This document shows positions 1 to 14,200 of a stretch of DNA of 64,000 nucleotides, one piece after another. Below the pieces are notes generated by a model. The model ran no database searches. It was not told where the DNA came from and saw nothing but the letters and a program-made list of their open reading frames with translations. Numbering within the stretch: the first letter of the stretch is position 1; each line of letters begins with the position of its first letter. Where the stretch lies: the NCBI RefSeq assembly GCF_009834535.1, contig NC_045696.1:51400001-51464000 (forward strand), given 5' to 3'. The position numbers and the translations under genes were made by a program. The stretch comes from Camelus ferus (taxonomy: Eukaryota).

Positions 1-1560
1 TATTCCCCAGATGAATGATATACTTCATAAAAGGGACGGAGGTAAGATATTTTAAGGGAGAGATCAACAAGACTTGATGAGGGGTTCAGAGGATGCTGCT
101 TAAGGCATGACTCAAGGAAGACTATCACCTGTCCTTCCCTCAACCCCTTCTTGCCCGATCTCTCCTTTAGTTGTACTAGTCACTGCTACCAGGCTAAGCT
201 GTCACAAATGTTATCTTCATTGAGATACTCCCTGGCTAAAAACCTGCAATGGCCCCCCAGTGCTATTGAGATCAACACTAAGGTGGCTGTATGAATTTCC
301 AGGCCCGTCATAATCTGATGCTATCCAATCACCATGGGCTTTCCCACTTTTCCCAATGGTCCTCTTAACCCTACCGTTCTTCAAGGTCCAGCCCCAGAAC
401 AAAATCTCCCATAAAAACTTGCTTGTCTAGAGCCCTAGACTCTCAGGATTGGAAGAGGAGGAGCTTCTATTCTGGCTTCCCCTTTTCATAAAGGCGCCAA
501 CAACCAGTGCTCTAGGATCTGGTTTGCTCCAACCTACAATTCTGTTAAGCCTCATCTCCCAACCAGAGCATCAGCTCTGTGAGGGAAGGGTAATTCCTCA
601 ATATTTTCCTTGTCTGCAGCCTGCCCCAGCCTGCAATAATTGAAGGGGGAACATGAGGCTAGTCTTCTTCCCACCACATGCCTCTGTAGTATGCCCTCTG
701 CTCCTTTGTCTTTCACGCATTGCTTGTCGCATTCCTCTTTTCATTGTGATTTGTTCAGTATTTCCTGTGTTCTAGCACATTGCCTTCTTTACTGTTCATG
801 GTAAACCTCTGAAGTCAATAATCTCCCATTTATAAAGGAGAAACTGGGGCTCAGGTTAAGTAACTTGCTCAAGGATACAAAACAGGAGATCTAGAATTTG
901 AACTGGGGCTCTGAAGCCCAGGATTTCCCACGTCATTCCCTGACCGCCCTAAATTGAGAGCATCTGCTCTCCTTTGGGAATGAAGGTCAGAGGTAAGTGA
1001 AGGCTTATGCCAAACCAAATGTCCTTGTGTCATCATCTCCTCTCCTGTTTGCCCTCTGGGCTACCCCCCATAATGACTCCCTGTTGCTCTAGGACACGTA
1101 AGTCAGGATTGACTTAGTAGCTGTTTTCTTTTCCCTTTCTGGTCCCAGAAATCTGCAGCTGCATTTTAATGATGAGAGGGCTGAGGAGTCACCTAGAGAT
1201 GGTAATTTTGTTTTGGTCAAAGTCTCATACATTTACATACAAATGAAACAAAGGGACATTTAAATTGTAGAAAGGGGGAAAAATTAGCTTAGCTTTTCTC
1301 CTTGTCAAAAAGAGGATTCTTTGGTGACACAGAGTATATAATAATAAAATAATTTATCAACCTCCCTCATTTTATACATAGAGATAGAACCCAGGCCCAG
1401 ACAGAGTATGACTAACCCAAGGTCCAATAGGAAATGAGGGGCAAGACTGGCACAGGAGTGTAGGTTTCCTATCTCAGCCCTTCTCCCTGCCCCATCTCTT
1501 GTTCTGCCTCTATGCAGCCTTAGTTCTCTTAAACAGCTCCTACGTCATATACTGGGTGCT

Positions 1561-1940
1561 TGTGAAGGTTAATTTTATGTGTCAACTTGACTGAGCGAAG
1601 GGATCAAGGGATGCCCACATAGGTGGTTAAACATTATTTCTGAGTGTGTCTGTGAGAGTGTTTCTGGAAGGGTTAGCATTTGAACCCACAGGCTGAGTAA
1701 AGATCTCCCTCACCAACGTGGTGCGCATCATTCAATTTCTTGGGGGCCTGAGTAGAACCAAAAGGTGGAGGAAGGATGAGTTAGCTCTATTGTTGAGCTG
1801 GGACATCCATCTTCTCCTGTTCCCCAGATATCGATGCTCCTGATTCTCGGCCCTTTGGATTCAGATTGGAACTTACACCATTTGTTCTCAGGACTTTGAG
1901 TTTGGACTGCAATTACACCACTAGCTTCTCTGGGCCACCG
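1561..1940 (+). mobile_element. MLT2-type ERVL LTR fragment
   Basis: Starts tgtgaaggttaattttatgtgtcaacttgactg, matching the MLT2 5' consensus, and has the typical body (gagctgggacatccatcttctcctg). Confidence 0.8.
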
Positions 1941-3849
1941 AATATATATGTATCTCCTTACCATCCCAATTCTTTCCAATACCTAGCATTTACTCATTCA
2001 TTCAGTCAAGAAAAACTTAACCACTTCCAACTAAGTGTCAAGTATTCTCTACACTTGGAATTCAATGGCAAACATCCCACAGAGAGCACCTGTTTTCTTG
2101 GACCTTACAGACCAGGAGTAAACTCAAAATTACATACATTCTATAGAATTAGAGAGCTTCACTTTGCTGAATAATCTATCAAATCATACCCTAACCACAA
2201 AAGAAGACTATTAAACTGTCCTAAGAAATGGGGGAATGTGGAAAATCACTAGATGACAATACCCACAGATAAAGAAAAATAAAAATGTTAAGAGGTGGGT
2301 TTTTGTTTTTTTTTTCACTACTCATTATTGAAGATGTAGAACTGCCAGCCAAATGAGTGAGCCAAGCTTGCCCCTTAGCTGGCTGCCTGGAGGGCTCACA
2401 CTAATTCAGTGTGAGTGGTCTTCGTTTTAAGGCTCCCAACAAATCTACAATCCCTCAAAAAATATGTTCCCATTTATATTTGAGAAAACATGGCTGGAAC
2501 AATCAAATAACTACTTACAACTGTGTACTTTTGTTCCAGGAATATCTGGTTTGGATCCTATGCTGTAATTCCAACCTCACCCCCTTCCCACTCACTGGCA
2601 CTTGGGGTCCAGAGTAAGACACTGCAATGGATTTATAGTCCATCTTCTCTTAATAAATGTGTCTCTACAGAGACATGCCATTGATTTTTTTAAACAGAAT
2701 TTTGAAACAAGTGATCTAATCTCGATGCCTAGAAGATAATCACAGGAGTAGAGACCTTTTTTAATGACCCTACAATTACTCAAAACCTTTTTGGAGCAAT
2801 ATTTGGAAACAGAGTTTGGGAAAGGAGTTTGGACTGGAAAGCACATCTAGTTGAGTGTTCATAACCATAGCATTGTACATGTGCTTTACATTTTAGAAAA
2901 TAACAAAAGGTCAGTTGAATCCATGCCTCATGAGAAGGTCAAGCTAAGTGATTCTGGTTATGATTTTTCTTTAAAGGCTGTGGGTATATGGGTCTGAGTA
3001 ACTGCAAAGTAATCTACAACTGGTTTTCATATGCGATTTTGAAGTCAGTAACAAGATCCTAGTTAGGAAGCCACATTTGGAGTGTTCATCTGGAAAATAA
3101 AAAATTAAAGAATGAAATGGCAACTACTAACCTGTTTGGATGCCCGGTAATGTTCGCTGACAGGCGATCTATTCATTCCACAAACATATATTGCCTGCTT
3201 ATATGTCCCGCATAAGCTGGGTGGTGGAGATTCAAAGCTGAACATGTCAGAGTTTTTTCTTTTGAAATCACAGCTTAATGAAGATAAACACTTCATTGCA
3301 AAACAACACAGTAGCCACTTTGCTGGTGGGATATACCAAGTGCCATGATATGAAAGGTTTTGTCACCATGTTTTTTGAACCAAAATAAGAACATATAGTT
3401 TGATGAATATAAATCTATTTGTGGGGGCAATAAGGGAAATAGTTGACTTTGTAATTTAAAAAAGGATGTGTAGAGTTTTAAGAAGGCAAGAGAATTCCAG
3501 GCTACTAACAGAGTGGTCTGGGACTTCCTCCCTGACTTGCCTGTGTTCTTTCCATGATGCCATGCTGTCTCTGATTACCCTTCTGTTATTCATCACTTAC
3601 TCAACCAACCAGTTTGCTGACCGACTACACAGGCAACGCAAGTGATACAAAAGAAAGGAGTGTTGTCTCCTTTGATAAAATAAAACCCAGAACCCCCGAA
3701 ATTTAGCAATCAATAAAGAAACAAACACAGCACTGCTATTCCACTTGAAAGGAATAATACCCTACTATAACCAAATAACCTAGACAGTATTCAAATTTCC
3801 TCCACCATCTCATTATTTTTTTAGAATTGGTGTGTTTGAATCAGCATCC

Positions 3850-3970
3850 ATGTAGCTAACTAGTGCTTGAAATGTGGCTCGTCTGAATTGTGAGACACTT
3901 AGAGTGTAAAATGTACAACAGATTTCAGAAATTAAGCACATAAAAAAGCTGCAAACAGTAATTTTTACAT
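3850..3970. mobile_element. MER3/MER33-like hAT DNA transposon fragment
   Basis: Motif cttgaaatgtggct...gtgtaaaat..aca..agattt. Confidence 0.55.
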
Positions 3971-4029
3971 TTGGAGACATATATATATATAGATATACCG
4001 GAATGTTGAATGATATATATATATCGTCA

Positions 4030-4203
4030 ATCTTCCCTTTTTTTATAAGGACACTGGTCCTATTGGGTTAGAGGCCTCTCTAATGGCCTCATTTAAACTC
4101 GATTACCCTTGTAAAGACCCCATCTCCAGAGGTCATGCTCTGAAGTATTGGGGTTTAGAACATCAACATATGTTTTTGGAGGGATATAATTCAACCCATA
4201 ACA
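4030..4203 (-). mobile_element. MLT1 (MaLR) LTR fragment
   Basis: ttataaggacact...gattaccct.gtaaagaccc...aattcaacccataaca terminus. Confidence 0.75.
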
Positions 4204-4316
4204 ATGATATAAGCTTCAATCTGTGTAAAACTGAAGGTTCAATTAGTAAATTGAAGATAGTATGCATTGAGAAATTCACCCAGAATGTAGCCCAGAGATA
4301 CACACATATACGTGTG

Positions 4317-4678
4317 TGTTATGTCCTGAATGTTTGTGTCCCCCCTCCAAACTCCTATACTGAAACCCTAAGCCCAGTGTGATGGAATTGGGAGGTGGGG
4401 CCTTCGGGAGTTAATTAAAATTAGATGAAGGCATGGGGGTGGAGGCCTCAGGAATAGGATTAGTGCCCTTGTAAGAGCCACTGAGTGCTTGCTTCCCTTC
4501 TCTGCTCGTTGCCACGTGAGGACACAAGAAGTCAGCAGGAGAGAACTCTCACCAGAACCCGACTATGCTGGCGGCCTGATCGAGGACTTCCAGCCCCCAG
4601 AACTGTGAGAAACAAATTTCTGTTGGTTCTAAGCCACTCAGTCTGTGCTATTTTTGTTATAACTGCCTGAATAAGACA
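4317..4678 (+). mobile_element. MLT1A-type MaLR solo LTR
   Basis: tgttatgtcctgaatgtttgtgtcccc ... ggacttccagcccccagaactgtgagaaacaaatttctgttg ... taagaca; TG..CA ends. Confidence 0.85.
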
Positions 4679-5109
4679 ATGTATGTGTATTTATTCAGAG
4701 TACATATGTGTGTTATGTGTATTTATTTATTTAATTGATTTGCTTCAGTTAAGAGACCTGAAGGATAGAGTCAAAGGTTCCAGCATTCCGGTATATCTAA
4801 TGGGATTTTTATTTCAGAAGGCATTGCTAGCAGCCTACCCAATCACCCTTGCCATTTCTCCATCCTTAATTGCAGTACCTTGATATTTTTCATGGAGGAA
4901 ATGTGCCTAGCTAAAAATACTTGACTTCCTACTCTCCCTTGCAACTCAGTTAGTCATGTGACCAGTTCTGGATGGTGAGATATCTGCAGGAATCCCTGGG
5001 TAGGCCATTCTTTCCTTAATACAAAATCAAAGCTCCATTAGGAGAAAGTTCTTCACCCTATAGCGTTTCTCCCATTGCCTCTTACCAATAGACGAAAGTC
5101 TCAGTAGAT

Positions 5110-6670
5110 TTTTTACAGAGTAATTTAACAAACTTGCAACAAACATAATCTCTACCTTTTGAAAAAGAAATAACCCTGACCAAGATGAACTGACCCCCAA
5201 AATGCAAAATGATTTCACATCGAGAAATCTATTAATATACTACACCACACAACCAACTAAAAGGGAAAAAACTGTATGATTAACTTAGTAGATACAGAAA
5301 AAAGAAAGCACATTTGATAAAATTAAACATTCATGCATTCTCTTATTTGTTCATTTAAAGGATAAAAGCAGCAGAGTAAGTTGGGGAGTTGAGAGTTGCT
5401 ATTATATATAAAGTGTGCCTTTTATGGGTGACCCTTGAGTAGAGACCTGAAGGAAGTGAGGCAGAGAGCCTTGCTGATGTCTGGGGGAGAATGTTAGGGA
5501 TATAGACTCTGAGAAGGGAACACATGTGCTTTTTAAGTCATAAAGACACAAACAACTAAACTTTAAGGGTAAAAGGAAACACCCTTAATTGGACAAAAGT
5601 TATCTATCAAAACCTTGCAGAAAGTTAATAATGAAACTAGTAAACTATATCACCACTTCTATTCCATATTTTTTCTGAACATCCTAGACAACGTAGTAAG
5701 ATGAGAAAAAGAGCAAGAGGTACAAAAATTACAAAGACGTTCCAAAACAGATCTCATCATCAGTCAGCTTATCTGATGACGTAGGAAACGGAGAGAATCT
5801 ATAAACTGTAAGAGTTAATCTGAGAGTCACTGAAGATTTCTGGATACAAGAGCAATATAAAATGATTAATTGTATTTCTATATTCCTGTAATAAGCAAAT
5901 TGCAATTGCAACAAATAATGATATTTCATCAACAGTAACAAGAAAACTAGAAAGTGTCTAAGAACAAATAATAACCATTAGATCAGCAACTGAAATAGTT
6001 AACAACTCAAAAGATTTGAAAGAATATGAATAAATGGGATCTCATACAATAAAGATGGGGAAGTAAATTAATACAATCACTTTGGAGAAAAAATTTGATA
6101 ATATCTACTAAAGTAGAAGCTGTGCAAAGCTTTCTACAATAATTTCTTTTATAGATTTATATCCTAGAGAAAATTCAGCAGGTACGCTCAAGGATATATG
6201 TATAAAAATATTCATGATAGCTTTTTAAAACAATGAAGACTTGGGAACAGATTGAATGATTATCAACAGGAAAATGGTATGTTTATACAGAGTTAAAATG
6301 AATGATTGAACTAAACCTACATGTATCAGCTTATGTGAAAAGAGAATTATCAGAGAATAGTACTTATATATGCTTCAAAAGCATAAAATACAGTACAATG
6401 TGGCTATATTCATATGTAGCAAAGCATAAACCATGATGAAAATGATAAACATTCAATGCCAAATAGTGATTCCTTCTGGGCATGGAAGGAGGAAAATGAT
6501 ATGAGGATGATTACTGAGTGTATTTGTAATGTAACCTTTCTTTTAAAAGATCTGAAATGAATATGACAAAATGTTATGGCAAAATTTTACGGAAAAATGT
6601 TAACATTTGATAAAGATAACAGGTGCACTATTATTCTCTAAAGTTTTCTGAGTGTTTGATACTTTTATAG
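5110..6670 (+). mobile_element. Old L1 (L1M-type) ORF2/3'UTR remnants
   Basis: A-rich decayed L1 phrases such as gatacagaaaaa..catatttgataaaatt, ccacttctattc, atacaatcactttggaga and aatgttaacattt. Confidence 0.65.
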
Positions 6671-7169
6671 TATTTTCAAAAGTGAAATAAATCATCTAAG
6701 AAGACATTTTTAATATCATGGACCACTTCCCAGGGTTGCAGAGTTTAGTGTTCCTACCATTTGGACGTTCCAACTCCCTTCTGCACTCCTTGTCTTCACT
6801 TTAAAAAGTTAGTATGAGGTCATGTCTGTGTAATCGCCAGGGCAGCCCGACAAGAATCAACTATTTATTTATTCTCTCTATTTTTTTCCCCCCTCTCCTG
6901 ACAGGAATTAAAACTCATGTTCTATCTCCAACCCCATGGTGTTGCTCATGGATTGATGTTATTAAATGAATAAGAATTTTGAAGTTTCTCCTACATTTTC
7001 TCAGATCAAAACCTGATAAAGGTTTGAAGGTGATGGTGGTGGGGAGTGGGAACACGGGTGGGACCGCATTACCTGACAAGCTTTGTTTTCTTCATTGAAA
7101 GTATTTACTCCTCTGCATTCGTAGCTTCTTTCTAGCTTCTCACTGAATTCTTTATTTCTTTTATTAAAA

Positions 7170-7465
7170 CTTTTCTTTTTAAATTGAAGTACTGTTAGTT
7201 ACAATGTGTCAATTTCTGGTGTACAGTGCAATGTCCCAACTGTGCATATACATACATATATTAGTTTTCATATTCTTTTTCATTTAAGGTTATTACAAGA
7301 TATTGAACATAGTTCCCTATGCTATACAGAAGAAACTTATTTTAAAATCTATTTTTATATATAGTGGCTAATATTTGTAAATCTCAAACTCCCAAATTTA
7401 TCCCTTCCCACCCCCTTTCCCCAGTAACCATAAGATAGTTTACTATGTCTGTGAGTCTGTTTCTA
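7170..7465 (-). mobile_element. L1 3'-end fragment (cetartiodactyl type)
   Basis: T-rich tail, then ttgaagta..gttacaatgtgtcaatttctggtgtacag ... ctatgtctgtgagtctg; near-copy of 30491-30767. Confidence 0.8.
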
Positions 7466-10030
7466 TAGAACATTTTTTACTGGTGTAGTTGATTTACAAT
7501 ATTAGTTTCAGATGTACTGCCAAGTGATTCAGTTATACATAGAAATCGAATATATTTCTTTGTGCTATATAATAAGTTCTTTATTTCTTACTAACATACC
7601 TTGCAACTTCTCTCTCTTTTTTCTAAACCATAATTTAATTTGTTTTCACTTGATAAAGCTGTTTTCCTACTTCCTTTCTATTTCTACTCTAGGCAGCACA
7701 ATATCCCTTATCTCCCAGAACCTTTGCTCCCTCACTTGACCTCTTTTTGCAAATCCTGAGCAAGCCTCACCCTTATCTCCCCTTTCCTCACTCCATCTCA
7801 GTCTTCTGGACGGCTTTGTCTTTATAATATTTTCAAAAGTGAAATGAATCACCTAAGAGGACAGTAACATTGTTATCTCCTGAAACACTCCTACTTCCTC
7901 AGCCTTTCTTTAATCCCCTTGTGTGTGAGAACAGGGTAATTTTTTATTAAAAACAAACAAATGAACAAACCCTTAGTTCTCAGTGTTCCTTGCTCAAAAT
8001 CCTCCCTAAAGATTGTTCATTTCTACCAGATGTACACTCAAAACTCTCATCTTTGCTATTTTCAGGCAACATATCCATGGTTAAGCACAAGTAGTAGACA
8101 TTCTTTTATAGATAGATAATGTTTTCCAGTTTATACTTTCTTACACATGATTTTTTTTTTCCTCCAACAACTCTGTAGACAGTACAGAGATCACTGCCCT
8201 CATTTTACCCCTGAAGAGGCTGAGGCATAGATTTACTCCTTAGAGTTAGTCAGCAGAAGAAGCTGGACTTTAATTGAAGTTGATAGAAGCAGAAAAGGTA
8301 GGAAATAGAAACCCCCACCTGTCAGGGGTTCCAGACAGAGACAGCCAACTCCCTGCAGAAGTGCTTCCTCCACTGGGCTCCACTCATGGGCTTTTTTGGA
8401 GGCAGGTGGTAGGTGAGTTTGCCTGGTACAACAAAGGCTCACTCCAATACAGGAACAGAAAGTATTTCAGTTCAACATAAGCAGAGTCTGGGAGAGAAGC
8501 CCAGGGACCTTGTGCAGATCCTGGAAGGAGGCAGGAAAACACCCAGAGGGGAAAAGGACAGGAGGAGAGTGGGAGGGGGACGGAGAGTAAGCAACGGAGA
8601 AGAAAAAAGGTGTGAAATAATTGCCCCTAACTTGGCTTTATGAAAATTTGATATATGAAAATTCCTGCTTGAAAATGAGATAAATAAAGAGGTAATTATT
8701 TGCATTACAAATCAACTCTTCACTTCAAAAGAGTATTTACCGCAGGTGTGATTCTGTGATGTGCAACTTTAGAAAGGAATGTGACTTGGGGGAGGTGAGA
8801 GATTTAAACAATAAAATCCTGATTATAATATAATAGGAAATAATCCAGTGGTAAAGGGGGAGACATCTAAAGAAGGGAGTGGTTGTACAGGGAGCTCTCT
8901 GCAGAGCTCAGGCTTTTAAAAGGACATGCACAAAAGACAGAGAAAAGGGATTATAGATAAGCTTGAACACAAAGACTGTCATGAACCTTCAAGAACAGAA
9001 TAAAGAAGACTAAAGTCAAGAATAAGCCTAGCCTTACAAAAAGTGGTAAAGACTGCTGTAAGGACCCTAAAATTTTTGTTAGGGTAAGGAGAACAAACAT
9101 GGAGTAAGTAAGGTGGTGTAATGTTTAACAGAAGTTAAGTAGTTCTTACTTTTTCCTATTGTTTATTTTGCTTCTGTCTTCACCAGTGTGCAAAAAGGTG
9201 GAACAAACTGTATTTCTCTCAGATAACGTGGAAAGAGCATATTGATATTATCCCACTTGGAAAAGGAATGAAGATTCCCAGGGTCTGGGCATCAAAGACA
9301 GAAGACTTAGGAGCCCCAAGGCCAAATTTGGGGGGGAAATGGTGAAGAGAAGAAAAAGGAGGGAGATCAAGCCAGGAAGATGTTGAACTGCCCCTCCCCC
9401 GCTTCCCCACTGTGCCCAGATCTTGAGTAAATTCTACTAATACTTGGTAATTGGTTAATGTGAGTGGATTTCTTATGGAAATAGGAGATGGAACTCAGCA
9501 CGGTTCCCTAGGGTACCTGGGGAAAATAAAAACCTACTTTCAGATGTAGGAGCCAGAGGAAGAGGACACCAGGATACATACCACATTCAGTTTTGAAAGG
9601 AAGGTGCAGGGAGAATGGAAGTCCCTGCATAAGCGAGCAATTAAGAAAACACAGACCCTCTCTAAGTGGATTTATGTTCCTAGAGCTGGAGAAATGAAAT
9701 GCCAGTAAACTGAAATAGTGTGCAGCACAGAGGGATTCTGAGAGCCTCTATCAGTAATCCTCTGGGGATTACAGCAATGGGAGAGGAGCCCAAAGGCTGA
9801 AGGCTTTTCACACAGAGGAACGGATTAGATTCTATCAACTGTGGATCAGGAAGCCTTGACATCCATGCCATTGCAGATGATTGGTTAAAGTCTAAACCAA
9901 TCATAGTATTCCATTCCCCTTACCAGGATGGATTTTAGAGTGCTACAGACTTAGTCCTGGTTAATAAGACACAAGGGGAAATGGACTGGGGGTAACAGGT
10001 AAGGAAATGACATGAGGAGAAGTGTGATTC

Positions 10031-10536
10031 TGTTAGTGGATAGAGGGACCCCTAAATTAGGAGTCCCACCAAAGTGTGGGTCCTTGCCGCCAGCTGGGAA
10101 AGAATTCACTTAGCAGAGGCAGAGGGATGAAGTGAACAGCAGCTTTATTGCTCAGAAGGGGAAATGGAAGGAAAGTGCTTGAGCAGGGAGAACGAAAGCA
10201 AAGTGCTCAAACAAGGAAAAGGCACTCCAGCTGGGAGCCGTCAGCCAAGATGCCTGAGACAGCTCCGGCTGCCAACTGGGCCTCGGGGTTTTTTATTAGA
10301 AGCCTCTGCCATTGTTATCTTCATTCTGGTGGTGGTGTTAATTATTTTCTGTTACAGACTCCTTCCTCCCTTGGAGAAACTTCAGCGGGAACAAAGGAAG
10401 AGCTACTGGGGTATGTCCTGGATTTTAAGGAGCCAGCTGTGGGATAAGAGAAACGTCCTGCCTTTCCATCAGCTGGGTACATCCTTCCCCTTGTTAATTA
10501 GCCAGGGTCAGTAAGCCTGCCTGATCACCTCTCTCA
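10031..10536 (-). mobile_element. ERV1-like solo LTR inserted in an older MaLR-like LTR
   Basis: TG...CA termini, imperfect 4-bp flanks attc/gttc, minus-strand AATAAA (gctttattg), and a gaaagaattca motif typical of ERV1 LTRs. Confidence 0.6.
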
Positions 10537-11290
10537 GTTCTGCTGATGCAGCTGGGCAATGTTGTATCAAATAGGATTCCTGGCATTGCTCCATCATAAC
10601 CTTGTGTTCATGGAGGTGGGGAGGGGGGGGAACCAGCTTGGGTGCCAGTACTCTGAGACATTAGCAGAGAGGTGATCTGGAAAGAGCTTGAATTCATGGT
10701 GACATTGCTAAACCACTGAATCTGCCAGCCTGAAGCTCATACTTCTTGTTGATGTCTTCATAAGTTGTCATAACAAACTTTCTCAATACTTAAGGCAATT
10801 TCGAGTGAGGGGCTTTTGATATTTGGGCAAAGAAATTCTGATACAAAGGTATATATTGAATTCAACATTTCATTGATATTTTTATAATATTCTGGTTACA
10901 AAAGTACCTTGTGGTCCAGATAATGATAACTGTAAGTACATTTGTGGATGGCTGAGAGTGGTGAGAACCGGTGCAAGTTCTACAAATATTGTCTGACTCT
11001 GAAGATCGAAGCCTCAATGTTTCATCTGTAATATGGCAACATTTGCTCTGATGTCTCCTTCCCATTTGAAGATAACTCAAATCTCAAAGAAAATCTAAGG
11101 CAGAAGATGGAATTAAAATTCAAAGTGACTTCCCAGGCTGGCATGCTAGGATGAAACCAATAAGTTGAATAGATGACAAATCCAACATCCAGCACTGGCT
11201 CCAAAAATCTACGTCAGAAGTTCAAGATGAGGGAGACTTGGTTTAGTAGAACTTTAGTGGGAAACACCTGGGAACTTTAGTTGAGCACAT

Positions 11291-14200
11291 ATAGTGGATG
11301 CTGTTGTCTACTGCCTAGATTGTTCCTTCAGAATAAGGCAGTAATTCCCCCAGCTAATAGCCAATGACTCTCTGCTGAGTTCCTCTTCAGGTATGGTCCT
11401 CAGCTGAAGGGAGCCAGGTTGGGCCACAATTTTGGAGACAACTGTTTTTAATCATTGATCAATATGAGTTTATGAAAACCTAGTCCCCATGCCCAAGGGC
11501 AGGAGGAGTCTAAAGGGCCACCCCAAATCCAGAGAACTCTGTGGGATCTGCTGAAGCCCTTGTTACAACTGAGTCAGTGTGACTTGAGTCATATGACCTG
11601 GTGGAGCCTATGGTATAGAAAAGACCACTGACAGGAAGAGTACTGTGAGGATTTTATAGCAAGCCTCAATAGGAAAACCCAAATAGACTCCAGGACTCAT
11701 AAGTGAGGCAAGTTATCTGTAGCCAAGAACTATACACGTTTCAAAAAACAGCTTCCTGCTGTGCTATGGCTTTTGGTGGAAGTAGAGCACCTGACCATGG
11801 TTACCAAGCATCCATGCAGCCAGAACCGTCCATCATACGTCATGCCAGACCCCCAGCAACAATCATAAGGGAAAAAGTTATACATCTGGGATCAGGCATG
11901 AGCAGAGCCAGAGAGCACAAGTAAGCTGCATGGTAGGTGCCCCAGACTTCTGTGTCGTTCACCGCTCTTGCACTGATGCTTCACCCAGTACTTCACACTT
12001 AAGGCTGCCTGGAGTGAGGGGAAAAGTTGAGTTTGGTTATGGACCAGTAAGATCAGTGGGTGACTGCAAGCCAAATATAGACTATTGTGGTCCTTCGTGG
12101 GTGTAGCCCCACTCAGGGGTGTCTCTGAGAGACAGAGATGAGGGGAATTCTTCTTAATGGACAAAGCCTCAGGCAGTATGACTCTCAAGAGAAATATTTT
12201 CAGTTATGAATATATGTCTTTCATGGGCAGCAGTGAATGACTTGGCCAGTCGACTCACCACAATTGAAGAAACAGAATGTCTTAGCTGGTCAATGTCAGC
12301 CAACTTCTACCAGTGCTGGTGCAAGAGGCACATGCATGTGCTAGAAGGTAAGAGATGGAGTCACCAGCCTAGCAAGGCAAACTGACTTTGATCACCAGGA
12401 GGAGGTAGTTCTGCTCTTACATAATGGAGACTGAAAAGAATACTCACTTGCCCATTTATGATGGTAATGGACGAGTACAACAACCATGGCCTGTGAAAGA
12501 GTGGCAAGGATAGGGTCTATGCATGGCCCCAAAACGTGGGCTCCCACTAGCTAAGTCTGATCTAATTATTGCGGCTGTTGAATATCCAGCCTGCCAGCAA
12601 AAGACACCAACATTGAGCTCCCAATGTGGCTCTAGCTCTCAAAGTGATCTATCAGCTTCTTAATGGCAAGTTTATTACAATAGGTCCTTCTATCTTGTGA
12701 TGCCTCCTGATAGGAATTGACTGAGTTGACACATATTCCAGTATACATTTACCTTTCCTACTCAGTCTCAGCTCCACAGTGCTTATGTAATATTTGATCC
12801 ACTGGAAATACAATCCTGTCAAACATTTCATCAGACCAAGGTAATTGGTTATATGATGGAAGTAAGGCTGTGTGCATGTGACCATGTGATCAGCTGCTTC
12901 TGTAACATATTATACCTCCAGAAGCTGCTAGCCTAACAGAATGTGCAATAGCTTTTTCGATGCACAGTAGAGGCATCAGCCTGGAGATGATACCTTCTGA
13001 TGATGGGGCAGCAGACTTCGGACAGAATATACACTCTAAATTGAAAACCGATATGTGGTGCTGATGCAATCAGTAGAATACGTGGATCTGGGAAACAAGA
13101 AGCAGAAGTACAAGCACCTCTGCTTGACATTATTCTCCCTGACGCACTGGAGGAATTTTGTACTTCTTGTCCCTGCAATTATGGACTCTGCAGATTTACA
13201 GGTCCTTGTTATTTTTTAATAATAATTTTATTGAGGCATACTGTACATAGAGTATAATTTACATATTTCAAGTGTATAATTCAGTGATTTTTAGCAAGTT
13301 TACCAAACTGTACAACCATCACAATAAATCAGTTTTGAAACATTGGTATTCTCCCAATAAGCTCCTCATGCCCATTACATCCCTGTTCCCAACCCCTGAA
13401 CCAGGCAACACTGATCTGCTCTCTGTCTCTGTAAATTTGCCTTTTTGGACATTTCATATAAAAAGAATCATACAACATACAGTCTCCTGTGGCTTGCTTA
13501 TTTCACTTATTAAAGTTTCTGACATTTGTCTGTGTCATAGCATATGTCACTAGTTGATTACTTCTCATTGTTGAATAATATTTTGTTGTACAGATACACT
13601 GCATTTTGTCTATCCATTCATCAATTGATGGACATTTGAGTTGTTTTTAACTTTTGGCTATTATGAATAACGTTGCAGAGAATAAGAATGTGCAAGTCTT
13701 TGTATGGATATTTGTTTTAATTTCTCCTGGGTCGATGCCCAGGAGCAGAATCACTGGATGATACAGTAAATTTGTTTAAGTTTTTAAGAGACTGCCAAAT
13801 TGTTCTCCAAAGTGATTGCACCATTTTACATTCCCATCAGCAATCTAGGAGGGTTCCCATTTCTCCACCTCCTAACATTTGTTATTGTCCGTCTCAAAGA
13901 TTTCTACCTACATTTTCTATTAGAAGTTGTATTGTTTAGCTCTTACATTTAATTCTATGATCCATTTTTAGTTAATTTTGGGGGATGACATGAGGTATGG
14001 GCCTAAATTAATGTTTATGCATATGAATATCCAACTGTCCTAACACCATTTGTTTAAAAGGCTCTCCTTTCCCCAACAAATTGCCTTTGTTGAAAATCAG
14101 TTAACAATAAATGTAAGAATTTCTTTCTAGACTTTTAATTCTGTTCAATTGATCTATGTATCTATCCTTATGCCAATCCTATACTGTCTTGATAATTGTA

